This document shows, in pieces, positions 36,805 to 46,429 of a stretch of DNA of 64,000 nucleotides. The DNA comes from an uncultured Candidatus Saccharibacteria bacterium. GTDB taxonomy: Bacteria > Patescibacteriota > Saccharimonadia > Saccharimonadales > Saccharimonadaceae. A model generated the notes under the pieces. It was given only the letters and a program-made list of their open reading frames with translations. It ran no database searches and had not been told where the DNA came from. The stretch spans positions 34,372 through 98,371 of the forward strand of contig CALGPW010000013.1 of the NCBI GenBank assembly GCA_937959535.1, written 5' to 3'. A program made the position numbers and the translations under genes. Each line of letters begins with the position of its first letter. Position 1 is the first letter of the stretch.

Positions 36805-36845
36805 ACCCGTAGAACGTGTTTTGTGTCAATACACGTTCTACGGGT
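36805..36845. repeat. Palindromic 41-bp element, copy B, overlapping a promoter
   Basis: ACCCGTAGAACGTGTTTTG-TGT-CAATACACGTTCTACGGGT (19-bp arms, 1 mismatch); minus strand reads TTGACA-18 nt-TAAAAT-7 nt-ATG. Confidence 0.88.
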
Positions 36846-36903
36846 TATAAATTATCATAAAAATTCACGAAACCGGAGCACTAAAAGTAGTTATGGGAAT
36901 AGT

Positions 36904-37911
36904 TTATTTCCCAGTAAAAAACTTACGAAATTTCAACAGTCCGGTTTGATTGGGTAGCGGCCCTTCGTGGATGATGCTGCGGATGTAGTCGATGGAAACT
37001 TTGCGGTTTTTCTGGATAGACAGGCGTTTATGGTAAGCGGCGGGCTTGCGAATTATTGAGGCTAATATGCCTTTGAAAGCTGGCCAGCCGTTGCCGTGGC
37101 GGACGGCGCTGGCGAAAATTAGCCAATATGTCAAGAAAAAGCGCAGGCCAATATACCAAAATAACTTCCCTGGAACGTTTTTAATGAAAACTAACGGCAG
37201 GTTTTTGAAAGTGTTGTAAACAGCCAAGCCAGGAACCTTTTTGCTGCTGGCGCCAACCTTGTGATAAGCGATGGCTTTGGGCGTAAAGCGGACCTTCCAG
37301 CCGGCTAGTTGGGCGCGAAAACTGAGGTCGACATCTTCGTAATACATGAAAAAGTCCTCGTCGAACATATCGATATCGTCAAACATTGCCGCGCGATAAA
37401 TCGCTCCGCCGCCAGTCGCACCAAAAACTTCGCCAGGCTTACTCTGCGCATTTTCAATAGGCTCGTCGCGGTTTCGTGGGCCAGGCAAGCCCCAGGTTGT
37501 GTAAAATTCACCAGTTGAATCAATAGTGCCAGTGTTTGAGCGAATCATTAAGCCAGTTGTTATACCGCAGCGATTATGTTTATCCATTTCTTTAACAAGA
37601 AATTTTAACCAGTTTTTGTCTGCTGTAGCATCGGGGTTAAGGAGGGCTATATAATCATATTTTTTACTTAAAGCTTGGCGTAGCCCACTATTAATACCAC
37701 CAGCAAACCCAAGGTTTTTATTATTTTTTATAAGGTACATAGAGTTGCGCTTATTTATAAAATACTCAATTTTATTGACAGAATTGTCAGAAGAGTTGTT
37801 ATCGGCGAATATAATGTCCGAAGGTTCTGTTTGTGCTAATATGGATTTTGCGCAAGCTATTGAATCATCAGCGCAATTCCAGTTTAAGATGATTATTGCA
37901 ACTCTATTCAT
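36904..37911 (-). CDS. GT2 glycosyltransferase (WbbL-like rhamnosyltransferase family)
   Basis: IILNWN, DNNSSD, NLGFAGG.N, LLNPD, FFMYYEDVDL; start at MNRVA. Confidence 0.9.
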   Translation of the reverse strand: MNRVAIIILNWNCADDSIACAKSILAQTEPSDIIFADNNSSDNSVNKIEYFINKRNSMYLIKNNKNLGFAGGINSGLRQALSKKYDYIALLNPDATADKNWLKFLVKEMDKHNRCGITTGLMIRSNTGTIDSTGEFYTTWGLPGPRNRDEPIENAQSKPGEVFGATGGGAIYRAAMFDDIDMFDEDFFMYYEDVDLSFRAQLAGWKVRFTPKAIAYHKVGASSKKVPGLAVYNTFKNLPLVFIKNVPGKLFWYIGLRFFLTYWLIFASAVRHGNGWPAFKGILASIIRKPAAYHKRLSIQKNRKVSIDYIRSIIHEGPLPNQTGLLKFRKFFTGK

Positions 37912-37946
37912 AACACTACAAGTATTATATAATGGACGGCAGGCAT

Positions 37947-38783
37947 ATGAAACTACCAAATTTAAGTGAGCGTATAAAAAAGTTATTTTCAAGAGAAAAT
38001 AGAGCGCTGTTTTCAGAATTAGTCAGAACGGATTTTAAATTAAGATACCAGGGTTCTCTAATTGGCTATGCGTGGTCGCTACTAAAACCGCTGCTGCTTT
38101 TTGTGATTCTGTATGTGGTGTTCGTGTATTTTCTTAAGGTTGGCAAGGATATCGAGCATTATCCAGTTTATTTGCTGTTGGGGATTGTGATATGGAACTT
38201 CTTTACCGAAATGACAGTTCAGAGTCTTGGTTCGGTGGTTGGTCGTGGTGATTTAATTCGTAAGATTAAGATTCCGCGTTGGATGATTGTGATATCAACC
38301 AGCATGTCAGCGACTATAAATCTTTTTCTGAGCTTAATTGTGGTAGCGATATTTATGGTGATTAACGGCGTTAGTTTCTCTATATATGGCGTGGGAATGT
38401 TAATGGTGTATATAGGGATTGCTTATTTGTTTGGGCTTGGGTTATCGTTTTTATTGTCGGCTCTCTACGTTAAGTTTCGTGATGTAAGCTACATCTGGGA
38501 AGTAATATTACAGGCTGGATTTTACGCGACCCCAATAATTTATCCATTACAAATGATTACTAATCCGTTTCTCGAGAAAATATTACTATTAAATCCAATG
38601 GCGTTGATAATACAGGGCGCTCGTCATGACCTTATTAATCCAATACAGACTATCTCATTTACTACAGCTTGGTCAACTCATCCGTTAATGGCATTAGTTC
38701 CGATGACTATCATAGTTGCGATATTGATAGTAGGCGGGCTATATTTCAAAAATCAAGCAAAGTACTTCGCGGAGAACATTTAG
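37947..38783 (+). CDS. wzm: Polysaccharide ABC exporter permease Wzm
   Basis: DFKLRYQGS.IG..WSLL.PL, RDV.YIW, YATPIIYP, NP. Confidence 0.93.
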   Translation: MKLPNLSERIKKLFSRENRALFSELVRTDFKLRYQGSLIGYAWSLLKPLLLFVILYVVFVYFLKVGKDIEHYPVYLLLGIVIWNFFTEMTVQSLGSVVGRGDLIRKIKIPRWMIVISTSMSATINLFLSLIVVAIFMVINGVSFSIYGVGMLMVYIGIAYLFGLGLSFLLSALYVKFRDVSYIWEVILQAGFYATPIIYPLQMITNPFLEKILLLNPMALIIQGARHDLINPIQTISFTTAWSTHPLMALVPMTIIVAILIVGGLYFKNQAKYFAENI

Positions 38784-38784
38784 A

Positions 38785-40008
38785 ATGGTTAAGAGAAATA
38801 CGTCACAGATAGCTCTAAGGGTGAATAACTTACATAAATCGTTTCGTCTTCCTTATGAAAATCAAAACTCAATTAAAGGTAAATTAATAAATTTTCGGAG
38901 GCGTGGTTACGAGACTCAAAAGGTACTTAAAGGAGTGTCGTTTGAAGTTAATAAAGGTGATTTCTTTGGTATAGTTGGACGCAATGGTAGCGGAAAGAGT
39001 ACTTTGCTGAAACTGCTAGCTGGTATATACACTCCGAATAAGGGTTCGGTAGAAGTTAATGGAAAATTGACGCCATTTATTGAACTTGGCGTAGGTTTTA
39101 ATCCTGAGCTATCTGGGCGTGATAATGTTTTCCTAAACGGGGCTCTACTAGGTTTTACTCGCTCTGAGATGGAAGAAAAATATGACGACATAGTTGCTTT
39201 TGCTGAGTTAGAACGATTTATGGATCAAAAATTGAAAAATTACTCTAGCGGTATGCAAGTTCGATTAGCTTTTTCTATTGCTATACGAGCTGATGCCGAT
39301 ATATTAGTGCTTGATGAGGTGTTGGCGGTTGGAGATGAAGCTTTTCAGCAAAAATGTTTTCAGTATTTTAATGATTTGAAAAGACTTAAAAAAACGGTTA
39401 TTTTAGTGACGCACGACATGGCTTCGGTGCAGCGGTTCTGTAATCGGGCAATGATGATTGAAGATGGCAAAATTGTGATGATTGGCTCGCCAGCGCATGT
39501 TGCGGGAAAATATACACTAAGTAATATTGCGGAAAACTCTCATGCGTCTGCAAAGAATAAAAGTCCAAAAAGCAAAAATATCATTATTGATAACATAATA
39601 GTAAAGAATGGCGATAGAAAGACGAAAGTATTTTCTAAAGGTGATGATATAACAGTTGAGGTTTATTATACTGTAAGACAGCTAGAGACTTTTTCGATTG
39701 GTATGTCAATTAGGACGCAAGATGATAACCTATTGGCGGGTATTGGTAGCCAGGGTGATATTCAACTATCTAAGTTTGAACCTGGATCATATAAATCTAT
39801 CTGTACAATACCAGCAAGATTTTTAATGAAGGGTCAATATTCTCTTAATTTTTCATTTTGGAGCGAAAGCCGGGAATTGCTAACGTATTTAGATACAACT
39901 CTGGGCGGAGGAGATGTCCCAATTATTAACGTAAAAGACATAACGATGGCTAGAAGCGGGTTATTTAATATTGATGGAACGTGGAAAAATCCAGAAAGGC
40001 TAGACTGA
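38785..40008 (+). CDS. wzt: Polysaccharide ABC exporter ATPase Wzt with C-terminal carbohydrate-binding domain
   Basis: GRNGSGKST, YSSGMQVRLAF, DEVLAVGD; ~150 aa C-terminal extension. Confidence 0.94.
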   Translation: MVKRNTSQIALRVNNLHKSFRLPYENQNSIKGKLINFRRRGYETQKVLKGVSFEVNKGDFFGIVGRNGSGKSTLLKLLAGIYTPNKGSVEVNGKLTPFIELGVGFNPELSGRDNVFLNGALLGFTRSEMEEKYDDIVAFAELERFMDQKLKNYSSGMQVRLAFSIAIRADADILVLDEVLAVGDEAFQQKCFQYFNDLKRLKKTVILVTHDMASVQRFCNRAMMIEDGKIVMIGSPAHVAGKYTLSNIAENSHASAKNKSPKSKNIIIDNIIVKNGDRKTKVFSKGDDITVEVYYTVRQLETFSIGMSIRTQDDNLLAGIGSQGDIQLSKFEPGSYKSICTIPARFLMKGQYSLNFSFWSESRELLTYLDTTLGGGDVPIINVKDITMARSGLFNIDGTWKNPERLD

Positions 40009-40012
40009 GACC

Positions 40013-41203
40013 GTGGCGGATAAATTTGCATTATTTGAATATAACACAGAAAATATTGGCGACGAGGTGCAAAGTATTGCGGCGCGGCGATTTTTACCGA
40101 AAGTTGACTATTATATTGACCGTGATAATCTGAGCAACTTCAAATCAGACCATTCAGTTAAGCTGATTATGAACGGGTGGTATAATCGCAACCCAAAAAG
40201 CTGGCCGCCACGCGCTGATAGTAATATAGAGCCGCTGCTTATTTCAATGCATGTTAGTCAAAAAGACAAACAAGTGGTTAAATCATTTTTATCGCCAGAT
40301 AGCGTGGAATTCCTTAAAAAGAACGGGCCGGTTGGTGCTCGTGATAAAACGACCGAAGAGTTTTTTATTAAACATAACATACCATCGTATTTTTCTGGCT
40401 GCGTGACATTAACGCTGCAGCGAGACCCCGAGATAAAAAAAAGAGATTTTATACTAGCGGTTGACGTGTCGAAAAAGGTCGTTGAGACTATTAAGCAGCG
40501 AACAAATCGACCAGTTATTGAAATATCTGTCTACCATTTTCCTTATTTATCGCGTGAAGAGCGGTTCTTTGTTGCTGAATATTTCTTAAGTTTATATCAA
40601 TCAGCCGCCGCGGTAATTACTACCAGGTTGCACGCCATGCTGCCATCTTTGGCCTTTGAAACTCCGGTCTTGCTTATAAAAGACAACAAAAAATATGAAG
40701 CCAAGCGGTATGCAGGATTAATGGAACTAGTACGCAGTGCTACTGAGCAAGAATTTATTAATTCATCAGGTATTTTTAAGCTCGATAATCCTACAAAAAA
40801 TCCATCAAAATATAAAAAAATAAGGGAAAGTATTATAGAAAAATGCAGCAACTTTACTGGTTTTAATAATGATAAGACCTTCAGGACTATTGAGCTGAGC
40901 GATGGCATGTTTGATGTAAGATTTGTTCGCGCTTTTGCTTTTGGCTGGTCAAGTACTTTCCCGAAAGCTCTTTTGGAGGGTGATGTTGCGTGGCGCGATC
41001 AACAAGTTGAAGATCTTAGAACTATTTTAGATGAAGAACGAAAAAAAGCTAAACACGTAGAGGAAAGTTTAAGAAAGGAAATAAATAAACAGACAGCTTA
41101 TGCTAAAGAATTAAATGAACAGTTAAACTGTCTTTATAGCTCAAAAAGTTGGCGCTACACAGCCTTTTTTAGGAGTATAATGAAGCTAAAGTCTAATAAA
41201 TAG
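40013..41203 (+). CDS. Polysaccharide pyruvyltransferase family protein with C-terminal coiled coil
   Basis: NIGDEVQS, VGARD, SGCVTL, ITTRLHA.LP; heptad-like C-terminus ending SSKSWRYT. Confidence 0.82.
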   Translation: MADKFALFEYNTENIGDEVQSIAARRFLPKVDYYIDRDNLSNFKSDHSVKLIMNGWYNRNPKSWPPRADSNIEPLLISMHVSQKDKQVVKSFLSPDSVEFLKKNGPVGARDKTTEEFFIKHNIPSYFSGCVTLTLQRDPEIKKRDFILAVDVSKKVVETIKQRTNRPVIEISVYHFPYLSREERFFVAEYFLSLYQSAAAVITTRLHAMLPSLAFETPVLLIKDNKKYEAKRYAGLMELVRSATEQEFINSSGIFKLDNPTKNPSKYKKIRESIIEKCSNFTGFNNDKTFRTIELSDGMFDVRFVRAFAFGWSSTFPKALLEGDVAWRDQQVEDLRTILDEERKKAKHVEESLRKEINKQTAYAKELNEQLNCLYSSKSWRYTAFFRSIMKLKSNK

Positions 41204-41215
41204 TGGAGGATAAAT

Positions 41216-42445
41216 ATGAGACAGCAGATTTATAAGTTTTATATCTACACAAAACAGCAAGGTATTCGTAAGGCGCTCATAAAAACACGCAGCTATATCA
41301 GTAAAAGTAATGTTGCAAAAGTTACACCAGTCTTGAAGCAGCCGATTGAGGTAATGGCTTCAGTCGAAGATGTTATTAAAGCAGATTATATCAATCACCC
41401 GTACAAAACGCCGCCAAAGAAAAAAAATAAAAAAAGTTTGAAAATCGGCTGGGTGTTATCGCCAGTTTCAGCGGGTAGCGGCGGTCAAAATACGATTACG
41501 CGATTTGTTCGTCATTTACAGAAGGTCGGGCATGAGGTGACGATTTATATTTATGAAGGAATTCATCCACAATTAGCCGATGACGCAAAGAAGATTTTAC
41601 GAGAAAGCTTTAATTTAGACGTTGACGTTAAAAAGGTGACACAATATGAAGAGTCTGACGCGCTGATTGCAACTGGCTGGGAAACGGCTTATCCTGTATT
41701 TAACATTAAGACAAAAGCACATAAATTCTACTTTGTGCAAGATTTTGAACCATATTTTTACGGTCTAGGATCTAAGGCGATTTTGGCGGAAAATACTTAT
41801 AAAATGAATTTTTACGGTATTACAGCCGGTCGCTGGCTAACTAAACGGGTTAGTGAATATGGCATGAAAGCTGACTACTTTGATTTTGGTGCCGATATGG
41901 ATATTTATCGATCAAAAAATCCATCCAACAAACAAAAGAAAGTTTGCTTTTATGCACGTCCAGTAACTGAGCGTCGTGCGTTTGAACTTGGAGTAATCGC
42001 TTTAGATAGATTCCATAAAAAACATCCAGAATACACGATTGAATTTTTCGGTTGGGATGTGTCAAATTATCAGATACCATTTCCATATATTAATCGGGGT
42101 ATTATTACGCACAGTAAATTAGCGGATTTATACCACGAATCGGTGGCCTGTCTGGTATTGTCGCTAACTAACGTGTCGCTATTGCCATTAGAACTTCTGG
42201 CGGCTGGCTGTATACCGGTTATGAATGAAGGCGAGAACAACAGCCTGGTGCTTGGTGAAAATAAATATATTCACTATTCGCCAGCTTCGCCAATTCAGTT
42301 AGCTGACGAGCTATGTAAAGTTGTTGAGCGCAAAGATATTGACAAATACACTCAAAAAGCCTCAGAAAGTGTCAAATCTCTATCGTGGGACGATTCGTAT
42401 GTTAAGGTGGAGAAGATTATTCGTCGAGAGGTTTGTGGTGAGTAA
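41216..42445 (+). CDS. WsaF-like rhamnosyltransferase (GT-B)
   Basis: GSGGQ.TI, ATGWETA, YFVQDFEP.FY, YARP.T.RR.FELG, SLLPLE. Confidence 0.85.
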   Translation: MRQQIYKFYIYTKQQGIRKALIKTRSYISKSNVAKVTPVLKQPIEVMASVEDVIKADYINHPYKTPPKKKNKKSLKIGWVLSPVSAGSGGQNTITRFVRHLQKVGHEVTIYIYEGIHPQLADDAKKILRESFNLDVDVKKVTQYEESDALIATGWETAYPVFNIKTKAHKFYFVQDFEPYFYGLGSKAILAENTYKMNFYGITAGRWLTKRVSEYGMKADYFDFGADMDIYRSKNPSNKQKKVCFYARPVTERRAFELGVIALDRFHKKHPEYTIEFFGWDVSNYQIPFPYINRGIITHSKLADLYHESVACLVLSLTNVSLLPLELLAAGCIPVMNEGENNSLVLGENKYIHYSPASPIQLADELCKVVERKDIDKYTQKASESVKSLSWDDSYVKVEKIIRREVCGE

Positions 42446-43430
42446 ACCAGACATTACTGTTTTTATTCCAACATATTTTGGGGAAGATTATCTTGAAGAT
42501 TTGTTTACTATGGTTTTTCGGCAGAAGATCGACAAGTCTTATGAAGTATTGGTATATGATACTAGTTCGACCGACAGGACGCCAAAGATTATCGAAAAAT
42601 ATGCTAAAAAGTATAAAAATATGCGCCATAAAACTATCGCCAAGAAAGATTATGGTCACGGTAAAACTCGCGCGGCGGCGGCACATGATGCAAAAGGCGA
42701 TATTGTCGTGTATTTATCTCAGGATGCGGTTCCAGCTCATGATAGGTGGCTGTACGAAATGGTTAAGCCGTTTGAAATCTCTCCTCGGATTATTGGTGTT
42801 ATGGGTAAACAAGACCCCCGTCCGAAGACTTTTCCGCTGCTCAAGCGCGAGATAATCTCTGTATTTGGTAGTTTTGGTCCAGATTGTGGTACAACAGTTT
42901 TTTACAAAGATGATTTTGTAAAAAGTCAGGAGGTTTATGATAAGATTGCTTTCTATTCTGACGTTAATTCGGCGGCTCGCCGCAGTTATTTGATAGGTGA
43001 GCTGTCCTATAAAGATGTTCCATATGCAGAAGATCAGCTATTTGGTCGTGATGTGATAAACGCGGGATATATGAAAGCATACTCTCCGAGGGGTAATGTC
43101 CTGCATTCAAATGAATTTAAGCTGCGAGAATACAAAATGCGAATGTTTGATGAGACTATGGGACTGCGTCGTGTTGGTATTGATGTGAAATTACCGACTA
43201 TTGCTCAAATAGCAAAGATGATTATTAAAGGCTGGATTAAAGACACTTTATTTACGCTGCGAGATAGGCAATATTCACGCAAACGAAAGTTGTTTTATCT
43301 AGCCTCTAATCTCTTTTATAACATTGAGAAATGGCGCGGGGTACGCCGTGCTGTGTTGACGAAATTAGATGACGAAACGGCAATTGGCAAATATTCCTTA
43401 GAGCAAATTGAAGCAAAATCAAAAAACTAA
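42438..43430 (+). CDS. GT2 rhamnosyltransferase-like protein
   Basis: IPTY.G, DTSSTD, GHGKTR, LSQDA.P, FYSDVNS, AEDQ; GTG start inferred. Confidence 0.88.
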   Translation: MSKPDITVFIPTYFGEDYLEDLFTMVFRQKIDKSYEVLVYDTSSTDRTPKIIEKYAKKYKNMRHKTIAKKDYGHGKTRAAAAHDAKGDIVVYLSQDAVPAHDRWLYEMVKPFEISPRIIGVMGKQDPRPKTFPLLKREIISVFGSFGPDCGTTVFYKDDFVKSQEVYDKIAFYSDVNSAARRSYLIGELSYKDVPYAEDQLFGRDVINAGYMKAYSPRGNVLHSNEFKLREYKMRMFDETMGLRRVGIDVKLPTIAQIAKMIIKGWIKDTLFTLRDRQYSRKRKLFYLASNLFYNIEKWRGVRRAVLTKLDDETAIGKYSLEQIEAKSKN

Positions 43431-43486
43431 CAATCAATTTGAAAAACCTAAGTTTTTCCTGTATTATTAATGTAGGGTAGTTTGTT

Positions 43487-44080
43487 ATGAAACGTAAAAA
43501 AACATCGCGTAAAAAAATAATTATTATTACAACAATCCTTGGGCTGGCCATTTTGAGCTGTTCGTATACAGCTGCTGCTTATATTAATAAGTGGATACCA
43601 TTTTCAGATCAAGACAAACCTTTTGTAACCGATGACCAAGGTCGCGGCGTAAATCCAAACAAAACAAAGACTGAAAAAGATGAAGTAAAAAATCTGGAAA
43701 ATAATCCTGACAATAAATCGGTTCGACCAAATACCGATGTAACACCTAAGCCAAAGGTTAATCCCGAGACTAAAAAGCAGGCTGTCTATGTGATGATGAC
43801 AAGCGTTGAACAATCTGTTGATAAAAATACTATTACCGCGAGTGGTTTTGTCTCAAATGCAGTTGAGCAGGACGGAAAGTGCACCTATATATTTAAGCTG
43901 GGTGATAAGGTTATAAAAAAGACAGTAGGGGTAATGCCTGGGCCGAGTTCAACGTCTTGTGAAACTGTGCGAGTAAACAGAAACGAATTAGACGCGGCTG
44001 GTAGATGGACAGTGTCAATCGAATACGCATCAAGCGCCTCTCAAGGCGTAGCTGACGGAATGGCGGTGGTAGTTGAGTGA
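43487..44080 (+). CDS. Single-TM exported hypothetical protein with C-terminal Ig-like beta domain
   Basis: Basic N-terminus + TM, linker, Cys pair GKCTY..SSCE. Confidence 0.65.
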   Translation: MKRKKTSRKKIIIITTILGLAILSCSYTAAAYINKWIPFSDQDKPFVTDDQGRGVNPNKTKTEKDEVKNLENNPDNKSVRPNTDVTPKPKVNPETKKQAVYVMMTSVEQSVDKNTITASGFVSNAVEQDGKCTYIFKLGDKVIKKTVGVMPGPSSTSCETVRVNRNELDAAGRWTVSIEYASSASQGVADGMAVVVE

Positions 44081-46419
44081 TGAAGAAGGTTTTGGGGATT
44101 TTACTCAGTGTAGCATTTGCGATGATTATTTCCCATAGTGCTAGTGCCTCAGAGTTCAATCCAGGTAGAATTATTGATGACGAAATATTTTATGATTCAA
44201 AAGCTATGGGTTCTGCCGCCGATGTGCAGCGATTTATTGAGCAGCACACACCAGCTTGCGATACGTGGGGAACCGGTCCTTCTGGCTATGGTAATTTAAC
44301 GAGAGCGCAGTATGCTACTCAGATAAAACATTGGCACGGGCCGCCGTATGCTTGTTTGCAGAATTATCATGAAAATCCTAGTAATGGCGATAACTCTTTT
44401 AGTCACGGTGGCGGTGCGTTTCCTGGGGGCATAAGCGCTGGCCAGATTATTTGGGATGCAGCACAACGATATCGAATAAATCCGCAGGTGTTATTGGTGA
44501 TGCTGCGCAAGGAATCGTCTGGACCATTGTTTGCTGACTCTTGGCCGCTTAAGTCGCAATATAAATATGCTATGGGTTATGCGTGCCCTGACAGTGGTCC
44601 GGGTTATTCTGCCAACTGTGACGCAGAAAAAGCAGGATTTTATAAGCAAGTAGATAAGGCTGCTTGGCAATTACGAAAATATCGTAACGAAATCCAGAAC
44701 TACAACTATCAGCCGGGTCGAGTTAATAGAATTTTGTATAATCCAAATCCTGCCTGTGGCTACAAAGATGTTTACATCGAGAACTACGCAACCGCGAGTT
44801 TGTATATCTATACGCCGTATGTGCCAAATGACGCAGCGTTGGCGGCATATCCCGGTACGGCGCACTGTGGAGCGTACGGTAACCGCAACTTCTTTTACAT
44901 GTTCCAGGAGTGGTTTGGTAGCACTAGCAGATCTGATATAATAGGCGATATTTCGACGGGTAAGCTATACCTCAAGAGTGGTAATAGCAAATATTATATA
45001 CCAAACCTTGAGGTTTTGAGCCGTCTTAGCACTTTATCAAAGCGAATTAGCTATGTGTCAAAACAATATATAGATTCATTATCAAACGGACCGGTTTTAA
45101 ATAAAACTGTTCGAGATCCAAAGACCGGAGCTATTTATCTTATTGATTCTGGATATAAACTCCAGTTTAAGAGTTGTGAGATGCTGTCTGACTATGGCTT
45201 AACTTGTTCAAATAATCCGGATCTTGAGGATAATCAATTAATGGCATATCGTAACGGTCCAAGTGTAACCAACTATTATCAAACTTTTGAGGATGGTCGT
45301 AGTTACTATATATCATCAGCAAAGCGTTATGAAATTTATGACCAGACTGCGTTAAAAGAGCGCGGACTAGGGGGTTACTCTAATAGATTATCGCAACTGG
45401 GTATAAAGGATTTAGTGGCTGCAGAGCCAATTGTTAGAAAAAATACAGTTATACGAGATGACTCAAATGGATCATTGTATTATTACGGTTCAGAAGGTCT
45501 GAGTTATCTAAATGGAGAGATGTATAATTCTAAAATATTTCGTCAACTTTCAAATAAAGGTATAACCAAGGAAAGTATTTCCAAGCTACAAAAAACAGAT
45601 AGTATGCGCGGTTATGTTAAGGATGAATCTGGCAACTTGTATTTATTGGGGGAGTCTGCTAAGTATTCTATAAAAACCGCGCCAAGTACATTAAGAAGTG
45701 TTTCGTCGACCGCGCTGTCAATATTGCCGACAGAGCCAGCTCCAGTAGCGGTAAAATCTGTAAAATCACCAATGGTTTATAGATATGCAGATAATAATTT
45801 ATATCCAATATATCACTGGAACGATGTATTAAAGCTTAGTCCTCAAGGTAAGGTCGCTCAATTACTGCAGACGCCAGTATCGTATATGTCGAAAACCTCA
45901 CCATATATACCAGCAGCTACTTTAGTCAAGTCTAAAGACAACCCAATGGTCTATATGATAAATCAAGAGCTTGGCACTAAGAAAAAACTTCATTCTATAG
46001 AGATTAGTAATGCTATGGGTATTTCTGCTAGCAACTTGAGAACAATCCAGAAAGAACATTTAGAAAGCATTAGGGATGACGGTATAGTGCTTGACAGTAT
46101 GAATTGTGATGGAAATTTGTATGTAGCTGGTGGAGGCAGTCTCCACTATGTAAATAGTGATATTCTTCGTCAATACGGTCTCAAGGTAGATAGCTTTGAA
46201 AAATATGATGCCAGAGTATGTAATAATCTATCAAAAGGATCACCAATGAGCGATTTCTTGTTATCAAAAAAGACGGGTGCTCTCTATAAAGTACAAAATG
46301 GACAAAAGCATTATATAGGATCGTATAGACTATATAAGGAATTAGGCGGGAAAAACACCAATACCGTTGAAGTGACAAACAATATATTGTCTATGATTCC
46401 ATCCGGAAATAGTTTATAA
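44077..46419 (+). CDS. Secreted surface protein: lysozyme-like N-terminal domain plus repeated beta modules
   Basis: Signal peptide; FNPGRIIDD, INPQVLLVMLRKES, AMGYACPD, ATASLYIYTPY, GNRNF; repeats such as LVKSKDNPMVYMI. Confidence 0.7.
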   Translation: MMKKVLGILLSVAFAMIISHSASASEFNPGRIIDDEIFYDSKAMGSAADVQRFIEQHTPACDTWGTGPSGYGNLTRAQYATQIKHWHGPPYACLQNYHENPSNGDNSFSHGGGAFPGGISAGQIIWDAAQRYRINPQVLLVMLRKESSGPLFADSWPLKSQYKYAMGYACPDSGPGYSANCDAEKAGFYKQVDKAAWQLRKYRNEIQNYNYQPGRVNRILYNPNPACGYKDVYIENYATASLYIYTPYVPNDAALAAYPGTAHCGAYGNRNFFYMFQEWFGSTSRSDIIGDISTGKLYLKSGNSKYYIPNLEVLSRLSTLSKRISYVSKQYIDSLSNGPVLNKTVRDPKTGAIYLIDSGYKLQFKSCEMLSDYGLTCSNNPDLEDNQLMAYRNGPSVTNYYQTFEDGRSYYISSAKRYEIYDQTALKERGLGGYSNRLSQLGIKDLVAAEPIVRKNTVIRDDSNGSLYYYGSEGLSYLNGEMYNSKIFRQLSNKGITKESISKLQKTDSMRGYVKDESGNLYLLGESAKYSIKTAPSTLRSVSSTALSILPTEPAPVAVKSVKSPMVYRYADNNLYPIYHWNDVLKLSPQGKVAQLLQTPVSYMSKTSPYIPAATLVKSKDNPMVYMINQELGTKKKLHSIEISNAMGISASNLRTIQKEHLESIRDDGIVLDSMNCDGNLYVAGGGSLHYVNSDILRQYGLKVDSFEKYDARVCNNLSKGSPMSDFLLSKKTGALYKVQNGQKHYIGSYRLYKELGGKNTNTVEVTNNILSMIPSGNSL

Positions 46420-46429
46420 TCAAAGAGTT

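Noticed and set aside
35493..36845. Palindromic repeats as a CRISPR array or IS ends
   Set aside because: Only two copies 1.3 kb apart, with no spacers, cas genes or transposase.
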